Shown piece after piece: positions 1 to 9,516 of a stretch of 55,232 nucleotides of DNA (position 1 is its first letter; the number at the start of each line of letters is the position of its first letter). Both the position numbers and the translations under genes were made by a program. This DNA comes from a virus (Duplodnaviria > Caudoviricetes): IMG/VR virus record IMGVR_UViG_3300049472_000047, positions 1 through 55,232 of that record. The stretch is one strand, 5' to 3'. The notes under the pieces were generated by a model. It searched no databases, was not told the DNA's origin, and saw nothing but the letters and a program-made list of their open reading frames with translations.

Positions 1-25
1 GTCTGGAAGCGCAAAGAATGAGGCT

Positions 26-676
26 GTGGATCTTTATGCGGTGCTCGGGGTCTCGAGAACGGCCGGGGCGCCGCAAATCAAGACTGCATACCGCGCCGCG
101 GCGAAAAAGTGCCATCCCGACGCCGGCGGGGACCCTGTGATGTTCCAACAGGTGAGTATCGCATACACGGTGCTGTCTGATCCGGAGAAGCGCGCCCATT
201 ACGATCGGACTGGATCGGTCGACCGCGCCGGCGTTGAGAACGTAATGGCTGGTGTCGCCCAGTGTTTTGCGGAAATGCTGGATCAGGTGCTTACCCAGAC
301 CAAGGGTCGGATGTCGGAAGTGGATCTTGCCGCGTCGATCAAGCGCGCGCTGTCCGTCGCCCACGAAAACATCATGGACAAGATCAGCGATGCGTGCTTG
401 CGGCTCGAAGATCTCGAGGACATCCAGAAGCGACTCAGGCGTCGGGATGACGAGCCGAACGTGTTCGTGGACATCTTGTCGAAGCGGATCCAAGGCGCGG
501 CGCAGGAACTTGCCATGCACAAAGCGAACAAGGTGGTGGCCGAACGGGCTCTGCTCGAGCTGCAAAGCTATGAATCGCCGGTGGATGCGATGCGGTCGAT
601 GATGGGGATGATGTATGGAACTGCGTCGACGAGCACGGGGTCATCGATGCATTTCTATCGTGTCCAAACTGGCTGA
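26..676 (+). CDS. J-domain (DnaJ-like) protein
   Basis: DLYAVLGV...IKTAYR...CHPD...[22 protein letters not shown]-domain with HPD motif; coiled-coil C-terminus. Confidence 0.85.
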   Translation: MDLYAVLGVSRTAGAPQIKTAYRAAAKKCHPDAGGDPVMFQQVSIAYTVLSDPEKRAHYDRTGSVDRAGVENVMAGVAQCFAEMLDQVLTQTKGRMSEVDLAASIKRALSVAHENIMDKISDACLRLEDLEDIQKRLRRRDDEPNVFVDILSKRIQGAAQELAMHKANKVVAERALLELQSYESPVDAMRSMMGMMYGTASTSTGSSMHFYRVQTG

Positions 677-742
677 CGCAACGATCCGTCGTTTAATCGA
701 TAGATTTGCAACATCAATGCGTTAAGTGGTGGTTAGACGCAC

Positions 743-786
743 GATAATTGCGTGTAGTTGACATTTCGCGCAATTATCCGTAAAAC
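743..786 (+). promoter_or_regulatory. Sigma70-type promoter with 10-bp inverted repeat flanking the -35
   Basis: TTGACA (758-763)-N17-TAAAAC (781-786); GATAATTGCG (743-752)/CGCAATTATC (769-778). Confidence 0.6.
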
Positions 787-818
787 GGCCGCTAATCGTA
801 GGGGTGCGTCCAGATTTC

Positions 819-895
819 AGTGGGGTGGAGAAGCGGCCCATCTCGTCGGTCTCATAAACCGAAGATCGCAGGTTCGAATCCTGCCCCCGCAACCA
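819..895 (+). tRNA. tRNA-Met(CAT), initiator-like, encoded CCA
   Basis: Cloverleaf; anticodon arm TCGGT-CTCATAA-ACCGA; T arm GCAGG-TTCGAAT-CCTGC; unpaired 1:72; ends CCCCGCAACCA like tRNA-fMet. Confidence 0.93.
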
Positions 896-901
896 TTTCC
901 C

Positions 902-1038
902 TTCATGCCGGCGGACGGACAAGGCTAAGGCCCGTAACGTAGTACCGTGGCGTAGCGCGGAAGCGGGCTTTCCCCGCGTAGAACCGCGCGGCGGGAATCC
1001 TAACCGGGGTGGGACGCGAGTGGTCCAGCCGGCATGAA
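902..1038 (+). ncRNA. Candidate structured RNA downstream of the tRNA
   Basis: Closing stem TTCATGCCGGC(902-912)/GCCGGCATGAA(1028-1038) extended by GGAC/GTCC; nested GCGCGG/CCGCGC and GCGGG/CCCGC helices; no credible ORF. Confidence 0.55.
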
Positions 1039-1086
1039 TGCTCAACCGGCGCGAGGCGCCATTCCTCTCATCTCAGGAGAATCCCA

Positions 1087-1503
1087 ATGGCAGATCTCGT
1101 AATCACCGCCGCCAGCGTGCTTGCCGGCTCCGGCGCGGTCATTGACCGTTCCCGCAATGCGCTCGCCACGATCACGGCGGGTCAGGTCGTCTATCAGGAT
1201 GCCGCAACCGGCAACTACGGCCTCGCCGACACCGACTCCGCCACGGCGGCAGTTCGCGTCCCCGCCGGTATTGCGCTTCACGCCGCCGCTACAGGTCAGC
1301 CCCTTGCGGTTCTGCGCTCCGGCCCGATCACGATTGGCGCCACAATTGCTGCGGGCGTCGCCTACTACCTCTCCGGCACCGCGGGCGGCCTCTGCCCGGT
1401 CGCTGATGTGGCTGCCGGCGACTATCCCGCGATCATCGGCATCGGCCAATCCACATCTGTTCTCGCCGTCGAGATCGTGGCCCCGGGCGTGATTCTGGTG
1501 TAA
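1087..1503 (+). CDS. Putative capsid decoration/cement-like virion protein
   Basis: RBS AGGAG; small Ala/Gly-rich beta protein (TITAGQVVY...LAD...AGIAL...YYLS.TAGG). Confidence 0.55.
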   Translation: MADLVITAASVLAGSGAVIDRSRNALATITAGQVVYQDAATGNYGLADTDSATAAVRVPAGIALHAAATGQPLAVLRSGPITIGATIAAGVAYYLSGTAGGLCPVADVAAGDYPAIIGIGQSTSVLAVEIVAPGVILV

Positions 1504-1519
1504 TCCATAGGACTGGCGC

Positions 1520-1891
1520 ATGCAGTTCAAGCGGCGCCAGTTCCCCATGGTCGGTGGACGGTCCAGCAATCAGGAATCGTCCACCAGCCGCGGCTATGAT
1601 TACCGCTGGGGTAAGTTGAGCCTCGATTTCAGGAGAAAGAACCCGTTCTGCAAATTTTGTGAGCAAGAAGGGTTTGAGGCGTCCCCAGCCGACGATGTCG
1701 ATCACATCATCCCCATCGAGGATGGTGGCGCCCGGCTCGATCCTGCAAATCTGCAAGCCCTGTGCAAGCGTCACCATTATGGCCGCAAGGAGCGTTTGCA
1801 GCTCTACGCCCGGAAACACGACCTGATCTCCGAGTTGCCGATGTGGTGCTCCGATCCCTCGACCAGGCCGGACATGACCAAGAGGCGCTGA
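1520..1891 (+). CDS. Packaging-associated HNH endonuclease (HK97 gp74-like)
   Basis: RGY..RW, CxxC, VDHIIP...NLQALCKRHH; upstream of terminase. Confidence 0.88.
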   Translation: MQFKRRQFPMVGGRSSNQESSTSRGYDYRWGKLSLDFRRKNPFCKFCEQEGFEASPADDVDHIIPIEDGGARLDPANLQALCKRHHYGRKERLQLYARKHDLISELPMWCSDPSTRPDMTKRR

Positions 1892-1934
1892 TACGCATAT
1901 TGCATAGATTATGCAGATGCGATATGCAGGCTGA

Positions 1935-2633
1935 ATGAACCGAATTTCCCTTATGCAAGGCGACTGCCTCGATCTGATGCCGACCATCCCGGACGGTAGT
2001 GTCGACATGGTTGCGACCGATCCGCCGTATGGCATGAACTTCCAGTCTAATTGGGCCGTAGACGGTCCGCACTACGCAAAGATCGCAGGCGATGACAAGC
2101 CGGACCTGCGCTGGCTTTCGGAAGCGCACCGGGTGCTGAAGGATGGCGGCGCGCTGGCGATGTTCTGCAATTGGGGAACCAGCCACGTTTGGCGCGAAGG
2201 TATTCTTGCTGCCGGTTTCCGCCTGAAGTCGCAGGTCATATGGGACCGCGAACATCACGGCATGGGTGATTTGAAAGGCGCCTTCGCGCCGATGCACGAC
2301 ATCGTTTGGTATGCGTCAAAGGGGCGGCGAGTGTTCGCGAACGGCAGGCCGAAAAGCGTAATGCGGCATAAACGCCCGTCACCGACGCAGGATTTCGGGC
2401 ATCCGACGTGCAAGCCGGTCGGACTCATGGAAGACCTCATTAACGCAGTGTCCGATGGTACGAACGGACTTGTGCTTGACCCGTTCATGGGTAGCGGCAC
2501 GACAGGCGTCGCGTGTATCAACACCAATCGCCGTTTCATCGGCATTGAGCGCGACCCTGCATATTTCGAGATAGCCAAGCGCCGCATTGACGAGTCTCAT
2601 GCCCAGCCGGCACAAGCCGCGATGGCTTTATGA
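1935..2633 (+). CDS. DNA N6-adenine/N4-cytosine methyltransferase (beta class)
   Basis: DPPY, HPTCKP and VLDPFMGSGTT motifs in beta order. Confidence 0.93.
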   Translation: MNRISLMQGDCLDLMPTIPDGSVDMVATDPPYGMNFQSNWAVDGPHYAKIAGDDKPDLRWLSEAHRVLKDGGALAMFCNWGTSHVWREGILAAGFRLKSQVIWDREHHGMGDLKGAFAPMHDIVWYASKGRRVFANGRPKSVMRHKRPSPTQDFGHPTCKPVGLMEDLINAVSDGTNGLVLDPFMGSGTTGVACINTNRRFIGIERDPAYFEIAKRRIDESHAQPAQAAMAL

Positions 2634-2642
2634 GGATCTGAC

Positions 2643-3107
2643 ATGCCCCGGCTGCTCACCGACGAGGAAAAGCTGGCGCGGGGCACGCTGGATGAACGCA
2701 CATCCGAGGCGGCCCGCGGCAAGCGGGAAATCGGAAAAATCCTCAAATTCCCGGTTCTGCGAGAGATTCCGGAGCCGAAATTCGTATTGACGCCTGTTGG
2801 GCGCAAAACCTTCGATTTCTGGGCAAAGAAGCTCATGGAAGCGGGCCTGCTGACGGAATCATCCATCGGCTACATTGAAAACCTTGCACTCGCCGATGAC
2901 TCGATCACGGCGGCCATCGCCAAGGGGAAATCGCCTGCATACACGCTTCTGGAGACCCGGCGAAAGAACTTGCAGTGGCTGGAAACATTGAATGTCGACA
3001 CATCAGTCGCTGCCGGCCAAACACAAAAAGGCACTTTCGCTTCGCACGGTTTCGCGAACAGACTTCAGCTACCTGCCGACCATCGAGCTAGACGTTCCGG
3101 GGCCTAA
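2643..3107 (+). CDS. terS: Terminase small subunit
   Basis: Position before TerL; P27-like N-terminus (EEKLARGT) and helical body. Confidence 0.7.
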   Translation: MPRLLTDEEKLARGTLDERTSEAARGKREIGKILKFPVLREIPEPKFVLTPVGRKTFDFWAKKLMEAGLLTESSIGYIENLALADDSITAAIAKGKSPAYTLLETRRKNLQWLETLNVDTSVAAGQTQKGTFASHGFANRLQLPADHRARRSGA

Positions 3108-4914
3108 CGACACCTTCGAGACGCGGGTTTATCCGGACTATCCGTCGATTGCCCGGATCTACTGCGAAATGGTGCTCTCCGAGGAGATCCCGGCCTGCCT
3201 CTACATCAAGCAGGCGGCGGAGCGATACCTTGCCATGCGGGCGGAGGCGGCCAAGCCTGACGCCGCCTTCTTCTTCTCCGATGCATGGGCCTGCGACTTC
3301 CTCGAATTCATGGAGAAATTGAACCTGCCCAGCGGTAATGCCGCCGGCGACAAGTTCATCATGCAGCCGTGGCAGATCCTTATCGGATGCGCGCTGTTCG
3401 GCTTCAGGCGGAATGATCCGCAGCAACCCAACGAAATCGGCGCCCGTCTCGTCCGCGAAGTCTACATCGAGGTTCCCAGAGGCTCGGGCAAGTCGCCGCT
3501 ATCGGCCGGCATCGCCCTGTATTGCTGGCTCTGCGAGAACGAGAACGGTTCGCAGGTATTCATTGGGGCCGCAACTGAAGAACAGGCGCGGCACGTCTAC
3601 ACGCCCATGGCCCAGATGATCAAGGGCACGCCCGGGCTAGTCGAGCAGTTCGATATCCACGTCACGAAGAACACGATCCGCCGTTCCCGCAGTGAAATGG
3701 AGATGGTTCGGCTGCTTTCGTCGATCGCGCACCATGCCGACGGTGCAAACCCCCATGTTGTCGTCATGGAGGAGCTTCACGCCCAGAACGAAGATATGTT
3801 CTCGGTGATGAAATCCTCGCTGGCGAAGCGGGTAAACAACCTTTTCATATCGATTTCCACCGCCGGACGCAGATCTCAGGGCGTCGGATGGAACACACGG
3901 AAGCGTCTAATCGATGTCTTGGCCGGCCGAAGCCGTCAGGACAGCTTTTTTGGGCTGATCTACACCCTCGACAAGGAAGAAATCGAGGACAAGCGCCTCG
4001 CCCACGATCCGGAGTGCTGGATCAAGGCAAACCCGATGTGGGGCATTACGCTGTCAAAGTCGGCACTGCTGGAGTCCCTCGAGGAAGCCAGAGCCGATTC
4101 GCCGGCCCGAATGCTAGAATTTGAGCGTACCCGCCTCAATATCTGGTCAAACAGCGCCGGCGGGATGATAAATCCCGATCATTGGGAAAAGTGTCTGGCA
4201 AAACCCGAAGAATTGGAAGGACTCAAGGGCCGAACGGCATGGATCGGCGGCGACCTTGGGTCAAAAAACGATATTTCGTCCATCGCCATCATCATTGATG
4301 ACAAGGACAACTACCAAAAGACGACGGTTTTCTCTAAACACTTCATTCCCGAGGGTTGTCCGGCGCTTCTGACCGAAGAATTCGGTCCCCTGTACCAATC
4401 ATGGGTCGATGCCAATCATTTGGTCATGACTCGTGGCCCCGTGACCGATTATGACCTTGTCGAGGCCGAAATCAGGGCTTGGCTGGCAGAATATGATGTC
4501 CAAGCCATCGTTTTCGACAACTATCAGTCGAATTCCATGGTCGCGGCGCTGCATGGCGACGGTTACCCGGCGATGCAGATGCAGCCCGGCGTCAAAACGG
4601 TCTCCGATCCGACCAAGGATCTCTTGGCAAAGATACAGGGCGGCCTTTTGAGGCACGACGGTAACGCCGTCATGACGTGGATGGCGGCCAATGTCGTCGG
4701 CTACTTCGACCAGCGCGGCAACGTGTTGGCGAAAAAAGAGACGCCGAATTCGCCATACAAGATCGACGGCTTCTCCGCGCTGATCGCCGCAAACGTGGCG
4801 CGCGAGGACAAGCTGCTCGATATCAAGCGCAGGCGCAAATCGATCTACGAAATAAGGGGATTGCGCGGTGCAGGACCAGATCCAGACAGCAAGCCAGACC
4901 CCGAACCAGCATAG
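2992..4914 (+). CDS. terL: Terminase large subunit
   Basis: QPWQ, Walker A VPRGSGKS, Walker B VVMEELHA, ISTAG, KANP, GGDL and KIDG nuclease motifs; start uncertain. Confidence 0.96.
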   Translation: MSTHQSLPAKHKKALSLRTVSRTDFSYLPTIELDVPGPNDTFETRVYPDYPSIARIYCEMVLSEEIPACLYIKQAAERYLAMRAEAAKPDAAFFFSDAWACDFLEFMEKLNLPSGNAAGDKFIMQPWQILIGCALFGFRRNDPQQPNEIGARLVREVYIEVPRGSGKSPLSAGIALYCWLCENENGSQVFIGAATEEQARHVYTPMAQMIKGTPGLVEQFDIHVTKNTIRRSRSEMEMVRLLSSIAHHADGANPHVVVMEELHAQNEDMFSVMKSSLAKRVNNLFISISTAGRRSQGVGWNTRKRLIDVLAGRSRQDSFFGLIYTLDKEEIEDKRLAHDPECWIKANPMWGITLSKSALLESLEEARADSPARMLEFERTRLNIWSNSAGGMINPDHWEKCLAKPEELEGLKGRTAWIGGDLGSKNDISSIAIIIDDKDNYQKTTVFSKHFIPEGCPALLTEEFGPLYQSWVDANHLVMTRGPVTDYDLVEAEIRAWLAEYDVQAIVFDNYQSNSMVAALHGDGYPAMQMQPGVKTVSDPTKDLLAKIQGGLLRHDGNAVMTWMAANVVGYFDQRGNVLAKKETPNSPYKIDGFSALIAANVAREDKLLDIKRRRKSIYEIRGLRGAGPDPDSKPDPEPA

Positions 4915-6490
4915 CATCGTGGCGAAGGCGCAGGTTCCGGCCGGATTCGCGGCCTCGAACTATGCCCGACTGGTCAATATGTTCGGATACGGGCTCTGGT
5001 CGGATGATCCGGGCCCATTGGACCTCGAAACTGCTATCAAACAGTCCGCGGTGCTGGCATCACTGGATGTAATCTCGCAGGACATCGCGAAAACGCCATT
5101 GCGGCTTCGTCAGAGGCTTCCCAACGGCGGATCCGAGGTAATCGACCCCTCCGGGCACTGGCTGGCTGGAATGCTTGCCACGGAGCCGAATCGGCACCTG
5201 ACATGGTACGAATTCGTCCAGATGATCGTGCTTCACTACGGGGCGGTCCAGAACGCATTCATCGCGAAGAAAATGACGAGGCTGGGTCAGGTCACCGAAC
5301 TGGTGCCGATGCTGCCGGCGCGTGTATCCATTCTGGTCGATGAGGAATCCGGCCGGTACGTCTATGATGTCGACCGGCTGACTCCCCACGAAAAGATCAT
5401 GCTTCGCGGCATCGATCGCTATCTCCTCGAGGAGGAGGTCATCCATATCCGCGGTCGCATGTTCGATGGCTTGTTCGGCTACTCGAACCTCGAGGCCGGA
5501 TCCGCGATCATGTCGCTCAACAAGGCCGTGCAGGATTACCAGACGCGCCTCTACAAGAATGATGCCGTGCTCCGCGGTGTCTTTCAGATGAAGAATGAGG
5601 AGACACTGTCCGACGAGGCCTATCAGCGCCTGAAGGAACAGCTCCGCAATCTCTGGAAGGACACCCGTGACAAGGGTGTTCCTCTGGTCCTCGAAGAAGG
5701 CATGGAATTCAATCCGATCTCGATGCAGGCCGATGCGGCGGAAACATCGAAGGCAAAGCAGAACGCGGTTGAGGATGTGGCCCGGCTGTTCCGCATCCCG
5801 CCGCACAAGCTCATGCACATCGTCAACGTGAAATACGAGAACATGGAAACGCTCGAAAAGAGCTATGTTCGCGACACATTGTTCCCCATTGCCACCGCAA
5901 TTGAACAGCGGGTGTCGAGGGGCGTCCTCAGCACAGCGGAGCGCCTGTCCGGCATCTATCTCGAATTCGACCGTGAAGCCATGGAACTCACGGATGTCGA
6001 GAAGCAGTCCGAAATGATTCAGGTCATGCTGCAGAACGCGGCAATGACCATTGATGAGGCAAGGATGCGGCGCGGAATGAACCCGCTGCCCAATGGCGCC
6101 GGTGCCGTTCGCCTGATCCCGGCCAACTACTCCATCATCGATGACTCCAACGAGATCGTTCTTCCCGCCGGCGGCGCCGTCGAGGAGCCCGAGGCTGAGG
6201 ATGACGAGGACACCACGGAATCGGAAAAGTACCTGATCCCGATGGTCGATTCCCCGGTTGCTGTGACGCAAGGTGTCGCACCAAGCATTGACGACGTAAT
6301 CTCCGCGATCCGCGCCATGCCGGCGCCGATTGTCAACGTCGACGTGAAGGCTCCCGAGATCCGGGCAGGTGATGTCAAGGTCGATGTGCATGCCCACATC
6401 CCGAGGCGTGGCGCCGTTGAGAAAACGGTCACTGCCTATGACGAAAACGGCCGCATCGTCGGCATGACCGAGAAGGAAATTGACGAATGA
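4868..6490 (+). CDS. HK97-family portal protein with C-terminal extension
   Basis: ISQDIAKTPL, PN..LT.YEF, EVIHIRG, VLEEGMEF, VARLFRIPPH, TIDEAR...PLPNG. Confidence 0.95.
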   Translation: MQDQIQTASQTPNQHSIVAKAQVPAGFAASNYARLVNMFGYGLWSDDPGPLDLETAIKQSAVLASLDVISQDIAKTPLRLRQRLPNGGSEVIDPSGHWLAGMLATEPNRHLTWYEFVQMIVLHYGAVQNAFIAKKMTRLGQVTELVPMLPARVSILVDEESGRYVYDVDRLTPHEKIMLRGIDRYLLEEEVIHIRGRMFDGLFGYSNLEAGSAIMSLNKAVQDYQTRLYKNDAVLRGVFQMKNEETLSDEAYQRLKEQLRNLWKDTRDKGVPLVLEEGMEFNPISMQADAAETSKAKQNAVEDVARLFRIPPHKLMHIVNVKYENMETLEKSYVRDTLFPIATAIEQRVSRGVLSTAERLSGIYLEFDREAMELTDVEKQSEMIQVMLQNAAMTIDEARMRRGMNPLPNGAGAVRLIPANYSIIDDSNEIVLPAGGAVEEPEAEDDEDTTESEKYLIPMVDSPVAVTQGVAPSIDDVISAIRAMPAPIVNVDVKAPEIRAGDVKVDVHAHIPRRGAVEKTVTAYDENGRIVGMTEKEIDE

Positions 6491-6918
6491 GCAAGGGTAA
6501 CATTTTCGAGAATGACCTGATGAAGCTCATTTTCAACGCGACGGCAATTGCCAACATCGCGGACAATGCGGCTTCAGGGCCCCTCACGAACCTCTATGTC
6601 TCCCTGCACACCGCGGATCCCGGCGAAGCTGGAGACCAGACCACGAACGAAGCGACCTATACGAGCTATGCCCGTGTCGCCGTGGCGAGGTCGGGATCCG
6701 GATGGACGGTCACCAACAACGTCGCGGAAAACGCTGCGCTGATCCAGTTCCCGCAGTGCACGGGCGGCTCCAACACGATCACGCACGTCGCCATCGGAAC
6801 GGCGGTCTCCGGCGCCGGCAAGCTGCTCTACAAGGGCGCGCTGTCGGCTTCGCTGGCGGTTTCTTCGGGCATTCAGCCGCAGTTCGCGGCCGGCGACCTC
6901 ACCGCCTCTGAAGATTGA
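6487..6918 (+). CDS. Putative virion structural (fibre-base-like) protein
   Basis: LYVSLHTADPG...YARVAV...IQFPQCT...F.AG.L pattern typical of phage fibre-associated proteins; coupled to portal stop. Confidence 0.6.
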   Translation: MSKGNIFENDLMKLIFNATAIANIADNAASGPLTNLYVSLHTADPGEAGDQTTNEATYTSYARVAVARSGSGWTVTNNVAENAALIQFPQCTGGSNTITHVAIGTAVSGAGKLLYKGALSASLAVSSGIQPQFAAGDLTASED

Positions 6919-7817
6919 TGGCTGGTTTCAAGAATATCCGGGAATATGTGGACTCCGAGGATGACGGCCGTTCGTGGATAACCCAGTTCCGCAAGGCGAT
7001 CTCGTCGACGGCGACGACCACCAATGCATGGCTGGATTACCTCTATTTCTCGGGGTCGCCACCGGCGAACTTCTATGCCTCCGCACCGTATGAGGCCGCA
7101 ATCGTTGAGCCGGAGCGTGGCATCTACCTTCCGACGGTCGCCCCGGCAAAGCAGTTCCTTCGCAATCTCAAACTGATGTCGGCGGCATCTTCGGCGACCG
7201 CAACCTCGAATGGCCGACAGGCCCTGATCCTCGCCGATTACCTCCTGTATTACCCCTTCATCGATACCGATGCGGTGGGCGAGCAGCAGGACATGGTCAA
7301 TGATGTCGCGATCCCGCGCTATGCCGCCGGACAGGTGGTCGCGGTTTCCCAGTCGGCCGCGGCCGCAACCGGACAGTTCACGTTTACCTACACCAATCAG
7401 GACGGTGTGGCGGGCAGGGTCAGCCAGAACCATTTCACCTTCGCAGTTGCCGGCGGCGGCCAAGTCGTGGCCTCGAGCGTCGGATCTGCAACGAGCTACC
7501 ATCCATTCCTTTCGCTTCAGGCCGGGGACTCCGGGGTGAAGTCGATTGAGAGCGTCACCTTCACGGCCGGCGGCGGCGGCCTGATGTCATTGGTGATCGT
7601 TCATCCATTGATGAATGCATTCACGACTCAGGAAAGTCGCCGCACCACATCAGGCAACTTGGAAAGCTACGGCGCCTGTGACGAATTCGCCTCGGTGATC
7701 CATCGGGCACCGCCGCAAATCATTGACGGCTGCGTCCTCGGAATCTTCGCGGCGGGACATGCCGGCTCACTGGCATCGTCTATCCTTTCGGGAATCGTCG
7801 AAACGGTCTGGAATTAA
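6918..7817 (+). CDS. Putative virion beta-rich protein, paralog A
   Basis: TYTNQDG and PFLSLQAGDSGVKSI motifs shared with next ORF. Confidence 0.55.
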   Translation: MAGFKNIREYVDSEDDGRSWITQFRKAISSTATTTNAWLDYLYFSGSPPANFYASAPYEAAIVEPERGIYLPTVAPAKQFLRNLKLMSAASSATATSNGRQALILADYLLYYPFIDTDAVGEQQDMVNDVAIPRYAAGQVVAVSQSAAAATGQFTFTYTNQDGVAGRVSQNHFTFAVAGGGQVVASSVGSATSYHPFLSLQAGDSGVKSIESVTFTAGGGGLMSLVIVHPLMNAFTTQESRRTTSGNLESYGACDEFASVIHRAPPQIIDGCVLGIFAAGHAGSLASSILSGIVETVWN

Positions 7818-7826
7818 GGGGTCGAA

Positions 7827-8711
7827 ATGGGTTTCACTTCGCAAGACGACCTGATCAACCAGATCACGGTGAACGGCAAATACGGGAACACGTTCTACAA
7901 CAAGACTCTGGCGTCCGCCGGCACCGCCGGTCATTGGACCCTGCTTGCCGGTCATGCCGGATCCCCGCCCGCGGCGACGTTTGCGGGTGCCGATCTGACC
8001 TATGTCGCAACCGATGATACATGGGGTGAGGGCGCTCCATACCACGGCGGCAACGTCTCCGCGGCGACCAAGCACTTCCTTGGTGCCGGTGCGGCCATTG
8101 TGGCTGCCGCTGGTGCCCCCTGGTATCTGATGGCGATCGATCTGGTCGGTTACGTCCCGCTTTCTGGCACGAACGTCTCCACGACGGGCACGAAAACAGT
8201 CACCATGACGGCGCTGGGCGGCGGTGATCGCTATCCCAACGGCGAAGGTCTCAGGATGTTCGTCGCGGCCGATACCGCGCTTGGCGCCAACGCCCCGACC
8301 TGCATCGTCAACTACCTCGATACCGGTGGTGGCGCAGGGGCAACGACGACATTCACATCCACGGCATCGCTTGGTGTCGGCCAACTCCTCAATTCCGGCA
8401 CGGCCGCGAACAAGTACAATCCGTTCCTGCCGCTTGCCGCCGGCGATACCGGCGTTTCCGATATCGTCTCGCTGGTCTGGGCCGGCACGGCACATGCGTC
8501 CGGCACAGTCGTCATTGGCCTCTGCAAGCCGCTCTGGACGATTCCGGTCCCGGCAACGGGCCTCTACACCAAAATGGACTTCCTCAATGCGCTGCCGTCG
8601 CTGCCGCGCATCCGGGATGCAGCCAATATCCAGTTCCTGATGTTCCAGACCGGTGCAACGACATCCGGCGGCACCATCATGGTCGATTTCGACTGGGCCT
8701 ACGGCGGATAA
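7827..8711 (+). CDS. Putative virion beta-rich protein, paralog B
   Basis: MGFTSQDDLI start; PFLPLAAGDTGVSDI; LPSLPRI.D shared architecture with previous ORF. Confidence 0.55.
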   Translation: MGFTSQDDLINQITVNGKYGNTFYNKTLASAGTAGHWTLLAGHAGSPPAATFAGADLTYVATDDTWGEGAPYHGGNVSAATKHFLGAGAAIVAAAGAPWYLMAIDLVGYVPLSGTNVSTTGTKTVTMTALGGGDRYPNGEGLRMFVAADTALGANAPTCIVNYLDTGGGAGATTTFTSTASLGVGQLLNSGTAANKYNPFLPLAAGDTGVSDIVSLVWAGTAHASGTVVIGLCKPLWTIPVPATGLYTKMDFLNALPSLPRIRDAANIQFLMFQTGATTSGGTIMVDFDWAYGG

Positions 8712-8712
8712 C

Positions 8713-9510
8713 ATGGCGCTACTCCAGAACGGCTACCGCGATTTCAGTGGAGGCGTCCGGATCTTCGGGGCAACAGCGTCGAATAATGCCTACCCCTATG
8801 TCGTCAATGGGAACTTCTACCAAAGCGGCCCACGGCGCAATCTGACCGCCGGGGAGGGCGTCACCACCGATCTCGCCGGCATTCCTTCGGGATACCGCAA
8901 CCAATACGCATGGACGATGCCGCAAAAGGCCGGCGCTCTGTCCTCCCGCAACGAAATCGAGGCGACATCCGATCTCGACGGCTCCGGCGCCATGGGCGTC
9001 AATGGTGCCGCTGCAATCGACGGACTCGGCGCGCTCGAGGGTGCGGGACAGCTTGTCGTCTCCGCGGTGGCCGCGATTGTCGGAACGGGATCGCTCGACG
9101 GCAACATTCTCGCCGCATTGCTCATGGCCGCCGACCTTGCGGGATCCGGTGACGCCTCTGGTGCGCTGGATGCGCTGGGATGGGTTCTGGCTTCGCTCTC
9201 CGGCGATGCGGAGATCACTTCGGACCTCAATGCAACGGGCAGCCTTGCCGCCGATATCGATGTCAGCGCCCAGGTCGGCCTCTCCGCAGAGGGCATTGCT
9301 GAGGAAATACTGGATATCCAGCTCGTCGAAACCGGGTTGACGGTCCGTGAGACCCTTCGGCTGTGCGTTGCCGCACTGGCAGGCAAGGTCTCCGGCGCCG
9401 GCGGCACAACGATCACGATTCGCAGCGCCGTTGCCGATGATGCCGACAGGATCATTGCCACGGTCGACAACGACGGAAACAGGTCGGCACTCACCTACGA
9501 ACTGGGGTGA
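8713..9510 (+). CDS. Putative fibre-like virion protein
   Basis: G.G.L-type repeats; C-terminal LRL..AAL.GK.SG...RI.ATVD.DGNR. Confidence 0.5.
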   Translation: MALLQNGYRDFSGGVRIFGATASNNAYPYVVNGNFYQSGPRRNLTAGEGVTTDLAGIPSGYRNQYAWTMPQKAGALSSRNEIEATSDLDGSGAMGVNGAAAIDGLGALEGAGQLVVSAVAAIVGTGSLDGNILAALLMAADLAGSGDASGALDALGWVLASLSGDAEITSDLNATGSLAADIDVSAQVGLSAEGIAEEILDIQLVETGLTVRETLRLCVAALAGKVSGAGGTTITIRSAVADDADRIIATVDNDGNRSALTYELG

Positions 9511-9516
9511 TCCGAA

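Noticed and set aside
896-1038. Theta/HDV-like or hammerhead ribozyme after the tRNA
   Set aside because: Could not place the catalytic cores, and the tRNA already encodes CCA; kept only as a generic structured RNA
2992-3107. 116-nt TerS/TerL overlap and EE in Walker B
   Set aside because: Start is uncertain and such variation is ordinary
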